64,000 nt of DNA from a virus (IMGVR_UViG_3300032295_002791:27591-91590), one strand, 5' to 3'; positions 11,901-23,122 are shown, numbered from the stretch's first letter. The notes: generated from the sequence alone by a model not told the origin. Made by a program: numbers and translations.

Positions 11901-14706
11901 TTGCGCTTCAAATGGAGTTTCCAAATATTATGATGCTGCACTGTCTCAGGGTGATATAAGTGAAATAAATTCTGGTGGAAAATACAGAAGAATTAGCTAT
12001 TCAGGTGGGGGAATTGGAAATGATGTAAAAACAATTCAAGATGTAATATTCTTTACCATTCCAGATGGTGCTGAAACCGTAAAGAGTATTAAGATTAATT
12101 TTGGAACAATTGCTGGTTGGAATAATGTAACTGTAGTTTCTTATGGATATGCTCCGGTAAATCATGCAGCAAACAATATATCTTTTGCAAACACAATAAA
12201 TAACAGCGCATACAAGGGTTATACAGTTAACAAGAAGCCAGATGCTGCTGGAAACGTGACATTGTCAATGTATGATCTTCCAGTCTCTAATTGCAAGTAT
12301 GGATATATCTTTTTTAAAACTAATAATACAGTAATAAATCAGTCAAAGTATGGCAATGCAGAAGGATACCAAATTAGGGGTCTTAGATGTGATATAGTTG
12401 GAAATGCAACTACATCAGATCCTGTATATGGAGATCCGGAAGAAATTGAAGTTCCAGTATCGGAAACTTACAATGCATTTCCAAGTTTGACTAAGCCAGA
12501 AATTGAAGACATAGCAAACTATTGGGTTGAAAATAATCCAAAGGTTTATTATGATGGGAATAATCTCAAATCAACACAGTCTGGATATCTAATCTTTACT
12601 GTTGATACAGAAAAATATTATTCCTGGAACGGGTCTTCTTGGTCCCAGGTAACTTTTGCTGAGAGCACAGAAAAAAATATTAAGTTTGATACAACAGTGG
12701 TAACAAAAATTGTAGATGCTTACGTTAATGCAACAACTTCAGAAAAGTTCTCCAGTTTATCAGCCCTTAAAAACCATACAGTTAAATACGATACCAATAC
12801 AATTAAAACAATTTCATTAACATTTGGCTCAATAGTGTATAGCTATTTGAATAAATCATACACAGAAACATTATCTAGTTCAACTAGTCTTTCTACAGCT
12901 AGCTTTACTGCAGGTTCGGGTGTCGTATTTGATTTTACCAAACCACTCTATGTTGATTTAAATGGATCAAATTCTGTTACATTAAATTCTGTTACGTCAG
13001 AAACTGGATCAAATGTAGCTTCACCGCTCACAGTACTTAGTATCAACTACCTAGAAACAAATCCAGCATCTGGCACTGCAACAAGAGTAACGATAGAAAC
13101 CTCTGCTACGTATTACTCTGGATCAAATGTAGTAACCACACCGTTGACATATATTAATCAGTACGTAATGAAGAATCTAAAAAATGTAATAGTTCCCAAA
13201 AAGGAATCAATAACAACTTTAGATGGTACACTGTTGCTCTGCAATGAGTCTGGAAAACCTGTTGGCATTCCTACTGGAGCAGAAATATCTAGCTACTTTA
13301 GTTCAACAGCAACAGAACAAGAAAAGGACGCAAGACTTGGTTTTGTTTATGTAAAGAATAGAATACCAGAGCAAAGTGGATTTGTATACGGTTTCTATGA
13401 TTTCGCTCAAAAAGAATTCCTTGGAGATACAGTTGCATATGTAGATATGATCACTAGGGGAATAAACAATATATTCCTTGCAGTAGTTGCATATGACTCA
13501 GATGGCAACACTCAGAATATCATAGACTATATCGGGCCAAAGGTTAGCACAACTTTTATTCCAACTAATGTTCCAATTAAAAAGATATGTCCAGTTTACT
13601 CTGTTAAGTATAATTCTGGAACAGCAATTAAAATTGGAAGTATGGCTTCCTACGTTGACAAGAAGCAAGCTTGGCCTTTGGTAATAACTTCTGGATCTTT
13701 TACTAAGTCAGTTGAAATACCACAATCAATTTATGATGATTGGAAGTCTGATTATGCAAACCAAACATTAATTGCAACCTATGATACTACAATAGCAAAA
13801 GGAATCAATTGGTCAAATATCTTTGGCAGAGGATATTATGATGTTAAGAATGAAAAACCAATAATTGTTTCTGACAAACAAATTAAATTAAGACAAACAC
13901 CTTTGGTTGTCTGGCCAGAGCCAAGTAGCTATCAGAATGCAGTTGCCCCATTATTTAAGCCTCAGATAGAAGTATACACAAGAGATACGACATCTTCGAA
14001 TTGGGAAAAATTATCCCTCTCCGAGATAAGGGATTATAACTGCAGCTCTGGAATTATAGAGTTTAATAATAGGGTAATTCCATCTGATGAAAATTTGATA
14101 AAAGTAGATTACGTAATAAAGAATTCTGACTTGATGATATATCAATCAAACGGAGAGGCAGTCCCGCTCAATCCATTCTTAAATTCTAAGAATATCAAAT
14201 TCAACAAGCCACTATACATATACATAGTGCCTACAAAGATAAATAAATTGTCTACAGATTCTTCTGCTGTTGCGGAATACATACCGCTAGAAGATTACGT
14301 TCCAAGTTACCCATATAACTTTACGTATAATTCTGAAATATTTAATGAATACTCACCAAAGTATGATCCATTTGCGTTGCCAATCGGGATTATTTACTTT
14401 ACTAATAATCCTAATAAGCAGCAAACAGAAATATATGACACAAGATTAAGAGGTGGCGGAATAGCCGCTGAGTATCAGTTCATAGAAATAGACTCAGAAA
14501 TAGATAACCTCCTTTCCAATTGGGATATGTATCCAATCCACGGAACATCCTATCCAAGAGGTGGATTTGTTATAGTTAGAATACCAGATGAAGTTAAAGA
14601 CAACTTTGAAAATATCGAAGAAATATATGATATAATTCGTAGGAACCTAACTGCTGGTGTTTCTTTTCAGGTACAGAATTTAAGCGGAGAGCTCTGGGAA
14701 ATATAA
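8941..14706 (+). CDS. 1921-aa virion/tail protein with an internal peptidoglycan-binding domain
   Basis: GEYVKYIKSMLKAGGFYGGAINTSYDQAASTAVTAFQ...DGKIDSQT (PG_binding_1-like) at about 11650-11850; located in the structural module. Confidence 0.65.
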   Translation: MKLFKNRTVSEKENAIKVGSSVPDDAANIAYFINEQLSPKNNLTVIDISSSIAENKISLDRGVKTYYANELGVLEDETGNTIFPSADISISDSFLLKDYQTEMLKVAEINSDEFFHYYYVSRFFISAPANYSTYGLSEYIPQSLYSALNIKVLNSQNQDHVDINTGRKKYKILLDPYATEANSEDTERPYKVIIGLDSSDPINLKLVYDKVECDSDGKVTSQYLRYSESINAVQYFKPIAEETFVVDNNYDKKVFSVKKFNKKYSDIFNTNINSTGYQVFVPKRAIADNRTYEVFNWRLVARSNQSVNLELIDYFSDLETTTGIKQKTVNVGVLYDSLDTQSLEVIKPYVFYRLEKSPFNFSKFAFKNPVSEAANNLDKTKANYWMIDIQSIDSLENFDILTFCPTKKLSEKANILINNYVKIHNGTLLVDGSLYPSGEAFISPDISMATFTASVVPTYYGYVTSSKILDETKNGGWNIDSTIFENQDYGIFGLKKGAYKQLSNVSSSNSFLNIGISSSSNSSVGALFEFPTVGDAVAQGNIIFTSFSFLEYCNSIYSVASKSTVLKLNNESSVFEENDTSLISAVVEGPFKLLYNSVSFAMYSRSYASRVIDTRSSLFNFVGEWNSSWVMNQDALLTQEKEELFVNVTVGTNETRYTRSIVPSPLNIGEYYLRSLTDSLPTYQRDKISFIDLDSVEFFIEVTNPDVIIANSTSVSSSIQENIASSYSLFKVPSSKNFVYAYTDTISPIINIPDGFGPYVVKEIPSLKSSNLRLLNNNIDPTNYFAAYPFELQTAYSYQTATDKPLGFNGTYSSNIRIRYQGQGQLQLKRAVGTVVRNYIIIQKGEPTLIDAGGAIPGQSQNDVPCVNLTSGRDSVFVSSDLVWRNFDYTWDLDNGNVSSAWVIGTTGEYVKYIKSMLKAGGFYGGAINTSYDQAASTAVTAFQNRMRTSGVKFDGIVDGKIDSQTKSLFVSAMSLGIINAATAKTLCASNGVSKYYDAALSQGDISEINSGGKYRRISYSGGGIGNDVKTIQDVIFFTIPDGAETVKSIKINFGTIAGWNNVTVVSYGYAPVNHAANNISFANTINNSAYKGYTVNKKPDAAGNVTLSMYDLPVSNCKYGYIFFKTNNTVINQSKYGNAEGYQIRGLRCDIVGNATTSDPVYGDPEEIEVPVSETYNAFPSLTKPEIEDIANYWVENNPKVYYDGNNLKSTQSGYLIFTVDTEKYYSWNGSSWSQVTFAESTEKNIKFDTTVVTKIVDAYVNATTSEKFSSLSALKNHTVKYDTNTIKTISLTFGSIVYSYLNKSYTETLSSSTSLSTASFTAGSGVVFDFTKPLYVDLNGSNSVTLNSVTSETGSNVASPLTVLSINYLETNPASGTATRVTIETSATYYSGSNVVTTPLTYINQYVMKNLKNVIVPKKESITTLDGTLLLCNESGKPVGIPTGAEISSYFSSTATEQEKDARLGFVYVKNRIPEQSGFVYGFYDFAQKEFLGDTVAYVDMITRGINNIFLAVVAYDSDGNTQNIIDYIGPKVSTTFIPTNVPIKKICPVYSVKYNSGTAIKIGSMASYVDKKQAWPLVITSGSFTKSVEIPQSIYDDWKSDYANQTLIATYDTTIAKGINWSNIFGRGYYDVKNEKPIIVSDKQIKLRQTPLVVWPEPSSYQNAVAPLFKPQIEVYTRDTTSSNWEKLSLSEIRDYNCSSGIIEFNNRVIPSDENLIKVDYVIKNSDLMIYQSNGEAVPLNPFLNSKNIKFNKPLYIYIVPTKINKLSTDSSAVAEYIPLEDYVPSYPYNFTYNSEIFNEYSPKYDPFALPIGIIYFTNNPNKQQTEIYDTRLRGGGIAAEYQFIEIDSEIDNLLSNWDMYPIHGTSYPRGGFVIVRIPDEVKDNFENIEEIYDIIRRNLTAGVSFQVQNLSGELWEI

Positions 14707-17381
14707 TGTTAAAACAACTTCCAAACGTAATTAACAGCTTTTCAAACAGTTCTCAGACCACCGTATCTTCTTTGATAAGACAAATGAAGATAGACAAATC
14801 AGATGTTTCTAGTCTAGTTTCAAAGCTTTCCCAGATAAGGGTAGACACAAGCTACTCTCCATCAATATTTAGTCAGTTCAGTTCTTTAAATAGAGAGTTC
14901 TTTGTTGACATATTTAGAGATGCAGATGTAAGAATAAGAAGCTACTACACATCAGCCAACACAGTTGGGCTAATGCTTAATTCAATGATTGATATTTTCT
15001 TTTCTGAGATTGAAAAAGTAGAAAAAGACTTAGACACACTGCAAGTATTTATAGATAATTATGAATTTATAGCTGGTAAAGATGATTTATATAATTCAAA
15101 TTATGTAGAAAAATTTGATAATTATTTAAACGATTATAGAACTGATGGCTATCTATTTGATCTTATAGATAGAGATGGTTCCTATTTTGATGAAAATGGA
15201 AATGGTTTTGTAGATACAAGGGCTGGCGTATTCAAAATTGGAACTGGTGTTACGGCAAAGAACGCGCTAGATTTCATAGATGATATAAATATAAAAACGA
15301 ACTATGACAATTATAAGTCAAGTGACAGTGGTTTTTACGCAACCTTAAACGATAATAGATCAGATTCCTGGAATGTTACCATAAAATCTCCAGTTATTTT
15401 AACTTCAAAAATAGATGATATAAAGAAATATATATCCTATGATTTATCTTATATCAACGGTGCTCAAAACATTGTTGAAATGTCATTTGCATTCCCTCAA
15501 GAGATTGACACAATCTATATTACGCCAGGCCACGGAAATGGTTTACAACTATTGCAGGCCGTACTGTTTTCTGATGTTACAGAAAGTTACGTATATAAAG
15601 ATTATGAAACCATTCTTCAAGAGGCAACAGATGCGAACCAAACAATTGAGTCATACATTGAAGCAACAGCGGGGGATCCAATTTCTGCCACTACAACTGT
15701 CCCTATCTTAACAGAACCAAAGCAATTGGATTCTATTACTGAAATATCATTTCCAAGAAGGAATGTTAGCAAAGTTGTATTGATATTTAATCAACCAGTT
15801 TATTCAAAAAATGAGAATACTACATCGTCAAGCGAACTCAATGCCAAGGCAGTTTATGATATCGGCAGAGAGATCAGAGAAATTAGAAGATCAAGAACCG
15901 ATAAATTGCAGGATCTAATATATAATTTGTTTTTAAGAAATAATTCTATTAAAGATTTATTCAAAAATAAATATATGAATGATAGTTATTACTCATATAA
16001 GTATCCTGTTTCAAACGAAACATTTGGCAATAAGAATGGCAGAGATAATTTTTCTGAAGAAAATATTCAGTCTGATTTGATAGATGATAAATGGAACACA
16101 ATACTATCTAATCTATTCCAAAACTTTTTCGTCCATATGATCAAAGATAATGGGGAAATTTTTGATACCTCAACATTTGTTGAGTCAGGATCCATGTCTT
16201 CGGATAGGTATGATTTTAGAAATCCAGGCATGCTCCCGCAGAAAGATTCTAATAATTTATTTTTGGGCAAAACGAAAGAGCTGTTTGCTGAAACGGTTTC
16301 AAGGTCAAACCATTCCATATTTAAAGATCTATTTATTCTAGAGAAAATAGATCAATATGAATATAGCTTCTCGATTAAATCGATAGAGTTCGCTGCAGTA
16401 GAAAAAATAGATTCAAATAAAGCTTGTTTCGTTAGTAAAAAGATTCCATTTAACGGATATCCTTTGGCATTAAAGGCTTCTATGGTTAAGAGTAGTAATT
16501 TAATAGACTTTAATAGGTTTAACTTTGACCTTAAAGAACCAGTATCTTATGAGCTTTCTATTTCTAATACAGAAATACCAGTGTCCGAGAATGACTGGCT
16601 GCCAATATTAGAATACGGAAAAGATACTATAGACTCAGAAGTATTATTCTTTGATTCACAATCACTATCCGCATATACAAGGTTTTATTTTAAAAAAGAA
16701 ACATTTGTTCTATACAAAGATGGATATATAGTTTCTCCAGACATATATTCGTTAAAAGAAAATTCAATATTTCTTAATTTATTAGACATTAATTCTATTT
16801 ATGCATGTAAATATAAAACAGATTTAACTTTATTTAACTATGATAATGTTGATTTCATTAAGAGTAAGCTGTTCCAGGAATCAACTAAATCATACTTCAA
16901 TGATCAAGGCCAGGGTGAAAGATTTTCCACAACAGACTACACCGGAAGAATAACTCTTTCAAATCTCCCATACGTTAATACTACGTATACCGAGAGTGCT
17001 GGATATAACCCAGCATATGGCACTACGTTTTCTTCTGATTATCAAGGATATACTCCAGTAAAAGTACTTTTATCGGATGGTTCTTATGCGATTAACTTAA
17101 CAAACTATACTAACAGTAAGGATCTTGCATCGTTCCCGGATAGTTCAAGAGTTTATTTTATACAAAATGGTAAAGAAATAGTATTTAATCAGATTATATC
17201 TGATCCATTCTCTGTTGTTTATGAATATGTTTCTAATTCCACAAGATTTAGAATAATTCTCAGAAAGAATGTATCAATCATTCTTTATCAGGCATCCGTA
17301 GATGCGGTAATAGTTAAAGCAAAAACTAAAAACTATGACCCGTACTACGATAAGTTAACTAAGGCATTAATAATCGGTTAA
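14706..17381 (+). CDS. virion structural protein (891 aa)
   Basis: Long ORF coupled (TAATG) to the upstream gene within the tail module. Confidence 0.55.
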   Translation: MLKQLPNVINSFSNSSQTTVSSLIRQMKIDKSDVSSLVSKLSQIRVDTSYSPSIFSQFSSLNREFFVDIFRDADVRIRSYYTSANTVGLMLNSMIDIFFSEIEKVEKDLDTLQVFIDNYEFIAGKDDLYNSNYVEKFDNYLNDYRTDGYLFDLIDRDGSYFDENGNGFVDTRAGVFKIGTGVTAKNALDFIDDINIKTNYDNYKSSDSGFYATLNDNRSDSWNVTIKSPVILTSKIDDIKKYISYDLSYINGAQNIVEMSFAFPQEIDTIYITPGHGNGLQLLQAVLFSDVTESYVYKDYETILQEATDANQTIESYIEATAGDPISATTTVPILTEPKQLDSITEISFPRRNVSKVVLIFNQPVYSKNENTTSSSELNAKAVYDIGREIREIRRSRTDKLQDLIYNLFLRNNSIKDLFKNKYMNDSYYSYKYPVSNETFGNKNGRDNFSEENIQSDLIDDKWNTILSNLFQNFFVHMIKDNGEIFDTSTFVESGSMSSDRYDFRNPGMLPQKDSNNLFLGKTKELFAETVSRSNHSIFKDLFILEKIDQYEYSFSIKSIEFAAVEKIDSNKACFVSKKIPFNGYPLALKASMVKSSNLIDFNRFNFDLKEPVSYELSISNTEIPVSENDWLPILEYGKDTIDSEVLFFDSQSLSAYTRFYFKKETFVLYKDGYIVSPDIYSLKENSIFLNLLDINSIYACKYKTDLTLFNYDNVDFIKSKLFQESTKSYFNDQGQGERFSTTDYTGRITLSNLPYVNTTYTESAGYNPAYGTTFSSDYQGYTPVKVLLSDGSYAINLTNYTNSKDLASFPDSSRVYFIQNGKEIVFNQIISDPFSVVYEYVSNSTRFRIILRKNVSIILYQASVDAVIVKAKTKNYDPYYDKLTKALIIG

Positions 17382-17383
17382 TT

Positions 17384-19288
17384 ATGGCACAACTATCACC
17401 ATCAACATCAATCTTTGACCAAGTTGCTACGTCTCTTTCTGCAGTAGCTGAAAAATTAAAGAATGGAAAGTATGTAACTAAGCAGGATTTAATATCTGAT
17501 TTTAACCAAGCCTTGAATGAAGCTTATAAAAATATAGATTCATTTAATACTAAATTAGATTTGTTTACAAAAGGTGAACCACCAACTTCAACCAAGATGA
17601 ACAAGTTTGTTAATTCATTAAAAAATGATATCAACATATCTGCTAAGCAATTGGATTATTTAACAGCAAAAACTATAAGTATATTTAATTTATTTACTTC
17701 TGAAATAGAAAATGAAAAAAAATATTCTCAAAGAATATTTTCAAAAGCAAAAATATTACAAATGTATTCTTCAAGTCCAGCAGAAGACATAGTTTATATT
17801 GGTGATTCTTTTGACAATCAAGACTATATGGATTTTTCCAGGATGAAAGTAAATGAAAACCCTATGATACAGGGTGGAGCTGGAACTATTCAGGCAGCAA
17901 AAACAATTAACTGGAATCCATCAAGGATAACAATAAACAATTCAAATGGTTTCATGGGCAATAATCATATTGTTGTAAAAAGCAAAGATGAATTAGATAA
18001 AATTAATTATGAGTATGCTTTTAAAAATAGTCCTTCGATATCAAATCCATTAAATATAATGGATAAGAATCCATTAACATACTTTGAATACGAAGCCATA
18101 AACATTGACAGGAGTAAGTATCTAACTACGTTTGATTTTATTCCATCAGAAAATGAATTCTCATATATAGTTGACTCTGAAGAATTGTCTTCCGCACCAA
18201 AGCGTAGTTTAGTTAATTGGTCCAACCACAATCTACAAGAGCCTCTTATGCTGGACTTTACTATCGAATCTAATGCCCCAGCCTGGGCTAACTCCATAAA
18301 GATATCTCCATATTTTGCATATGCAAAAATATTAAAGGTATCTAATATCTATGTCACCAATGATCTAGGGGAAACAGAAGACATAGTACAGGAATCTTTT
18401 TACATAGGTTTATCGCCAGAAAGCTTAACCAAAGAAGCTTATTCTAAATATTATTTTGATTCAGCAGTTGTTAAATTTTCTGATAGAAAAGTTTTAAAAG
18501 TTAGAGTTGTTCTTGAGCAACCATATTTCAGTGAAGAAGAAATTATGCACACCTATTGGGCTACCGACTATACGCAGTCTACATCTGACAACAGCCCATT
18601 TTTTGGATCAGTAAGGTTTAATCCAGATTCTTTAAGTAAAGATATTTATCAAGAAATAAATTATAACAAAGATGCTATAATTCCACCATTGAGTAATCCA
18701 AATATCTTTAAAAAGAATAACGTTACCAGCAAACAGGTAACTGTATCTGTAAAGAAAAAGATTACAGAAACGAATAAGGCTGAGTCGGTACAAACATTTA
18801 GCGTTCCACTCAAGCTGCAAAGAGATATAATCAAGTGCAAGAGAATGTCAATTGGCTTAAGAGATATTTCTATTGAGTATATTGAATACTTAGACTCAGC
18901 AGAGATTGTATCCTTACCTTATAATTTTGATTATCCAGTAGAATCTGTAATGCTCGGGATAGAGAGTGACCTAAATAGCGTTTCTTCAACTGCTCAGCTT
19001 ATAACCTCTTCTATTTCTGTTGATGATGGCAATAGTTGGATAGATATAAGTTCAACCCAATTTGGATTTAATTCAGCTTCGTCGTCAGAGAATCCAGAAG
19101 TCCTGGTGTTTAACCAAAATGTCCCACCGGGATACAAATTGCCTGGAGTAGGTTATCAAAATTATCCGAAGGTTCCTTCTGAAATTAAGAACATCTTAGT
19201 TAAGATAAAAATGTTAAAGGATCCAAATACAAACGTTGTTCCAACCGTGTATTCGTACACATTGGCCGCAAAGGTTAAAAAAATATGA
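17384..19288 (+). CDS. virion structural protein (634 aa)
   Basis: Helical N-terminus then beta-rich body with SVDDGNSWIDIS motif; architecture like its neighbours. Confidence 0.55.
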   Translation: MAQLSPSTSIFDQVATSLSAVAEKLKNGKYVTKQDLISDFNQALNEAYKNIDSFNTKLDLFTKGEPPTSTKMNKFVNSLKNDINISAKQLDYLTAKTISIFNLFTSEIENEKKYSQRIFSKAKILQMYSSSPAEDIVYIGDSFDNQDYMDFSRMKVNENPMIQGGAGTIQAAKTINWNPSRITINNSNGFMGNNHIVVKSKDELDKINYEYAFKNSPSISNPLNIMDKNPLTYFEYEAINIDRSKYLTTFDFIPSENEFSYIVDSEELSSAPKRSLVNWSNHNLQEPLMLDFTIESNAPAWANSIKISPYFAYAKILKVSNIYVTNDLGETEDIVQESFYIGLSPESLTKEAYSKYYFDSAVVKFSDRKVLKVRVVLEQPYFSEEEIMHTYWATDYTQSTSDNSPFFGSVRFNPDSLSKDIYQEINYNKDAIIPPLSNPNIFKKNNVTSKQVTVSVKKKITETNKAESVQTFSVPLKLQRDIIKCKRMSIGLRDISIEYIEYLDSAEIVSLPYNFDYPVESVMLGIESDLNSVSSTAQLITSSISVDDGNSWIDISSTQFGFNSASSSENPEVLVFNQNVPPGYKLPGVGYQNYPKVPSEIKNILVKIKMLKDPNTNVVPTVYSYTLAAKVKKI

Positions 19289-21423
19289 ACATTTCAACAG
19301 TACAGAAAAGAAGATTTTTAAATAATATATATAAATTAATATATTCTTCTGGGCAAAAACCTTCTGAGCAAGAAGTTAGAAGGGCATTTAATGAGTACTT
19401 TAGCGTAAATCAACCTGGTTATCCTATTAGAGTTAACTATGATTTACTTAGAGCATCAAATAAAACAGATGTTGATTTGTTAAATCAAATAATGGCAAAT
19501 ACAATTTATAATGTTGACGTATTATATGACACAATATTAGACAATAATGAAGAGTTATTTTCTATCGTAACATCTCTTAATAAAAAATTAGAAAATTTAA
19601 AAAAGAAGAGACTGCAATTAGAATCTAAGATAGATGATCTTATATTCATGAATAATAATTCGGATGGATATTTTTATTCATTTACAGAAAATTTTATATC
19701 AGCAGATAAATTAGATTTGTCATTAACTGACTCTGCGTTTTTTGATCCAAAGCTTAGAAATGTAACCATTAGCAAATTAAAGTCTGAACAATTTAATGTT
19801 ATGACTGTTGATAACTTGAATGGAAACAATGTTGATTTTGCTGTGACTGTTAACGGTCAGCAATTAAGTGACACAATTGATAAAACAAATTTCAATAATA
19901 TATTTGATGGCCTAACAGACACATACTGGGATCACTCTGTGTCTGTGCAAAATCCGCAGCCAGTTTCATTAACAATAAGCATACCCGTGAACAGGGCTTC
20001 AGTGCTATCAAAGGTGGATGGTGTATTATTCACTTCTTCTCCAGTAAATATCATGATGAGAGCGATCTACTCTGATCCAGAAAAGCCAATCGAAATAAGA
20101 ACAAAAACATCAAGATCAGATTACGATGCATTTTCTTTCTCTATTCCAGCAGGGTCTTATTCGGCCATAGAAATAGTTCTATATAAGAATGAGCCAGATT
20201 ATATAGATCAAAATAGCTCTAATCCATATGTTTACAAGTTTGGTTTAAGAGAAATGATAATAGGATCGAAATACTACGCTAAATCCGGCATACTTGTTTC
20301 TGCGCCAATATCAATTCCAACAAAAACTAATTCAAATCTTGTAATAGATGCCGTATCCATGGAAGTTAAGGAGCAAGTTGTTTCAGGAACATCGGTAAAT
20401 TACTACGTAGCTGCCGACAATCCATTTGCGGAAAAGATCAATGACTATAACTGGATTCCAGTTTCACCAAAAGGATCAGAAAGCTCTGGATACAATCCGG
20501 TAGTTTATCTTGATGGCTCAACAAGGAATAATGTATACATATCAGGCAGTCCAGAAGATGATGAGCTTGCCTACATACCAGTTAATTCTTCAACGGCTAA
20601 CGTAAATGAATTGAATCCAAATACTAAAATATATCCTGAAAAAAATACATACAGGATTGCGGCACTTAGTTCGGAAGAGAACTATTTAAATCCTATTTTG
20701 TTAGGTGGAATAGACTGCCTGAAACACAACTATGTAATATACACAGGTACTTCTACTCTAGATGGCAAGTATAAAGACCTTGAGTATTGGACAGATGCCT
20801 TAAGCAATAAGCCAGCATCACTTTTGTCTAATACATTGAGAGAGCAGATTGGTTCAGTGAATCCAGGCGTAAACTCTTATAGCTCTGGCTACATAGAGAC
20901 TTCAATCTTAAGACAAAGCCCTATAAGTGTTATACATACTGTGTCAAAATCTAATCCTAATTTTAATTTGGCAATATATCTGAATGGGATTCTAATAGCA
21001 GACCTCCCTAAGGGAACTGGTAGCAAGGTTGTAGAGTGGGAATTCAAGTCAGGTATAAATAAAATAGTTGTGACTTATGACAAATCACTATCTGGACAGG
21101 TTTCTTTTAATTTAATAGAAGGTCTGTCTTTATCTAGGTATGGATTAGTGTTCGTTGATTATTTTAATTATTTAGATTCATTTGAATTCCAAAATAAAGC
21201 CAACGCAGATAACTACTATTTTACTATAGATACAATCTTTGGAAGAAAAGAAGTACTGGCCTCAAAACAGTTAACTGGAAAATCAAACTTTATTTATACA
21301 TCCAATAATCCATCGGCCGTCAACGCCGTTAGGTTCAGAGTTGATTTAAATAGATACGAAGATCCACTAGTATCTCCAATAGTTGAATCTGTAAGAATTA
21401 AGTTTAAACATAGGGATGCGTAA
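19285..21423 (+). CDS. virion structural protein (712 aa)
   Basis: N-terminal coiled coil plus NIFDGLTDTYW (discoidin-like) segment; synteny. Confidence 0.55.
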   Translation: MNISTVQKRRFLNNIYKLIYSSGQKPSEQEVRRAFNEYFSVNQPGYPIRVNYDLLRASNKTDVDLLNQIMANTIYNVDVLYDTILDNNEELFSIVTSLNKKLENLKKKRLQLESKIDDLIFMNNNSDGYFYSFTENFISADKLDLSLTDSAFFDPKLRNVTISKLKSEQFNVMTVDNLNGNNVDFAVTVNGQQLSDTIDKTNFNNIFDGLTDTYWDHSVSVQNPQPVSLTISIPVNRASVLSKVDGVLFTSSPVNIMMRAIYSDPEKPIEIRTKTSRSDYDAFSFSIPAGSYSAIEIVLYKNEPDYIDQNSSNPYVYKFGLREMIIGSKYYAKSGILVSAPISIPTKTNSNLVIDAVSMEVKEQVVSGTSVNYYVAADNPFAEKINDYNWIPVSPKGSESSGYNPVVYLDGSTRNNVYISGSPEDDELAYIPVNSSTANVNELNPNTKIYPEKNTYRIAALSSEENYLNPILLGGIDCLKHNYVIYTGTSTLDGKYKDLEYWTDALSNKPASLLSNTLREQIGSVNPGVNSYSSGYIETSILRQSPISVIHTVSKSNPNFNLAIYLNGILIADLPKGTGSKVVEWEFKSGINKIVVTYDKSLSGQVSFNLIEGLSLSRYGLVFVDYFNYLDSFEFQNKANADNYYFTIDTIFGRKEVLASKQLTGKSNFIYTSNNPSAVNAVRFRVDLNRYEDPLVSPIVESVRIKFKHRDA

Positions 21424-21462
21424 AGCCAGTAATTCTGGTACTAATCAGTTAGGAATAATTAA

Positions 21463-21861
21463 ATGCCAATAACTTATACAAAACAATCCCATACCAAAAG
21501 ACTTATAGAGCCTTTTTTTTCTAGATTTAGACAGAAATATAGAGGATCTAGAAACAGCAAAAGAGAGAATTTAGAAATGAATTCTTTAATTGTTGACTTT
21601 AATAGAATTGACAATCAATTAGATTTGATAGATGCAAGCTGCAACAGTTATTCTGCAAGTATTAATGGTAAAATATCTTCAATAGTTGAAGAAGAAGTAT
21701 TGGTTGATGGGGTTGATGTTGAAGTTGATGGCGTTACAGCATCTGCGGTAGATGAAATAACATACAACGCATCAATCATAGATATAAATGACATTGTAAA
21801 AATTACAGGAAAATTATCTAGGCTTCACAATAAAGTAAAATTTTTAGAAAACAGGATTTAA
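21463..21861 (+). CDS. structural protein; N-terminus similar to the next gene
   Basis: RQKYRGSRNSKREN resembles DAQYRGPVDSAEYN of 21863. Confidence 0.45.
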   Translation: MPITYTKQSHTKRLIEPFFSRFRQKYRGSRNSKRENLEMNSLIVDFNRIDNQLDLIDASCNSYSASINGKISSIVEEEVLVDGVDVEVDGVTASAVDEITYNASIIDINDIVKITGKLSRLHNKVKFLENRI

Positions 21862-21862
21862 T

Positions 21863-23122
21863 ATGGCAGATTCAATCAACACCCAAAAGAGAGACGCTCA
21901 ATATAGAGGTCCAGTAGACAGCGCAGAATACAATACTAGAATTGAAGAAAACTATAGAGACCTTTTGTATCTGTACAATAAATCAAATATTCTTGATCAG
22001 AAACTTTCTCAAGCATTTGAAAGAGTATTAAAAGATCAAGCATACCTGGTTAATGCCGTAGACGATCTCGTTGATAGAGTCGAGGCTTTGGAAAACGAAA
22101 CAAACACTCTATCAATATACTCTTTTTCACAGCTTGATTATGTTAATTTTGTTGGAACAAGCTTTGCCGTGTCAACAACGGATCTCCTGAGTTTGGATCC
22201 ATACTATAACGTCATAACACTTCCAAAGGTTAGTGGATCCTCAAATTCAAAACTTAAATTCCATACATCTGGAGCGTCTTCAACTCAGGTTGTTCCAGAC
22301 TTCTTTAAAACATATATACAAAACACCTATGCTGGAGTAGATACAGGTGGAGCGGTAGTTAATACCACGCCAACATTCCATGCAGTTATAGATGATCCAA
22401 ATAAAGTTTGGAAGCGTAACATCATTACGCAATCCACGTCTGTATCTGGAGCTCAGATGATGTTTTATGTGAAGATTCCATCTGAATTTACCGGATCAAC
22501 GAAAACAAACTGCATTAAGTTTAATCCATTCCCTGTATATTCAGTTGATATATCAACAATAGAATATACAACAAAGCCAAATCCGACATTGACTGAATCA
22601 GATTCCTGGATCCCATTAAACTCTTCTGCTCTTTACAATGGAGTTAGCACGGCAATAGGCAAAGTGCCACCTGGTGGATGGCTTGTTTCTGGATCTGATA
22701 CGATCTACAACTCTGGCCCACTCTGCTTCTATTTCCCAGACAAAGAAGTGACAGCAATAAGAGTAAAGATGGTGCAAAGAAGCTACATGGAAGAAGAAGG
22801 TAATTATGTCTATACATATGGCCTTTCTGATCTTGATGTAAGATACGATAAATTCCTTCCATCTGGTAAAACGATAATTAAATTTACTCCACCGGACGGA
22901 TCTTTAATTAATAATATAATTAGTGTGGATCCAGTCATTTACAACGTCCCTCTAAGCCAGATGTCAAATGCATTTAGTTATAGGGTAATCTACGACGATG
23001 CTGGAAACTACAGCCTTACAAACCCAGGGGCATCTTCTAGTGTGTGGATAGAGGTCACTCTAAACATGCTAGAGGATAAGACGGCACCAGTGCTTTCTGA
23101 CCTAAGAATTCAATATGATTAA
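21863..23122 (+). CDS. virion structural protein (419 aa)
   Basis: YRGP motif, coiled coil, beta-rich C-terminus ending APVLSDLRIQY, like the C-termini of the preceding structural genes. Confidence 0.5.
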   Translation: MADSINTQKRDAQYRGPVDSAEYNTRIEENYRDLLYLYNKSNILDQKLSQAFERVLKDQAYLVNAVDDLVDRVEALENETNTLSIYSFSQLDYVNFVGTSFAVSTTDLLSLDPYYNVITLPKVSGSSNSKLKFHTSGASSTQVVPDFFKTYIQNTYAGVDTGGAVVNTTPTFHAVIDDPNKVWKRNIITQSTSVSGAQMMFYVKIPSEFTGSTKTNCIKFNPFPVYSVDISTIEYTTKPNPTLTESDSWIPLNSSALYNGVSTAIGKVPPGGWLVSGSDTIYNSGPLCFYFPDKEVTAIRVKMVQRSYMEEEGNYVYTYGLSDLDVRYDKFLPSGKTIIKFTPPDGSLINNIISVDPVIYNVPLSQMSNAFSYRVIYDDAGNYSLTNPGASSSVWIEVTLNMLEDKTAPVLSDLRIQYD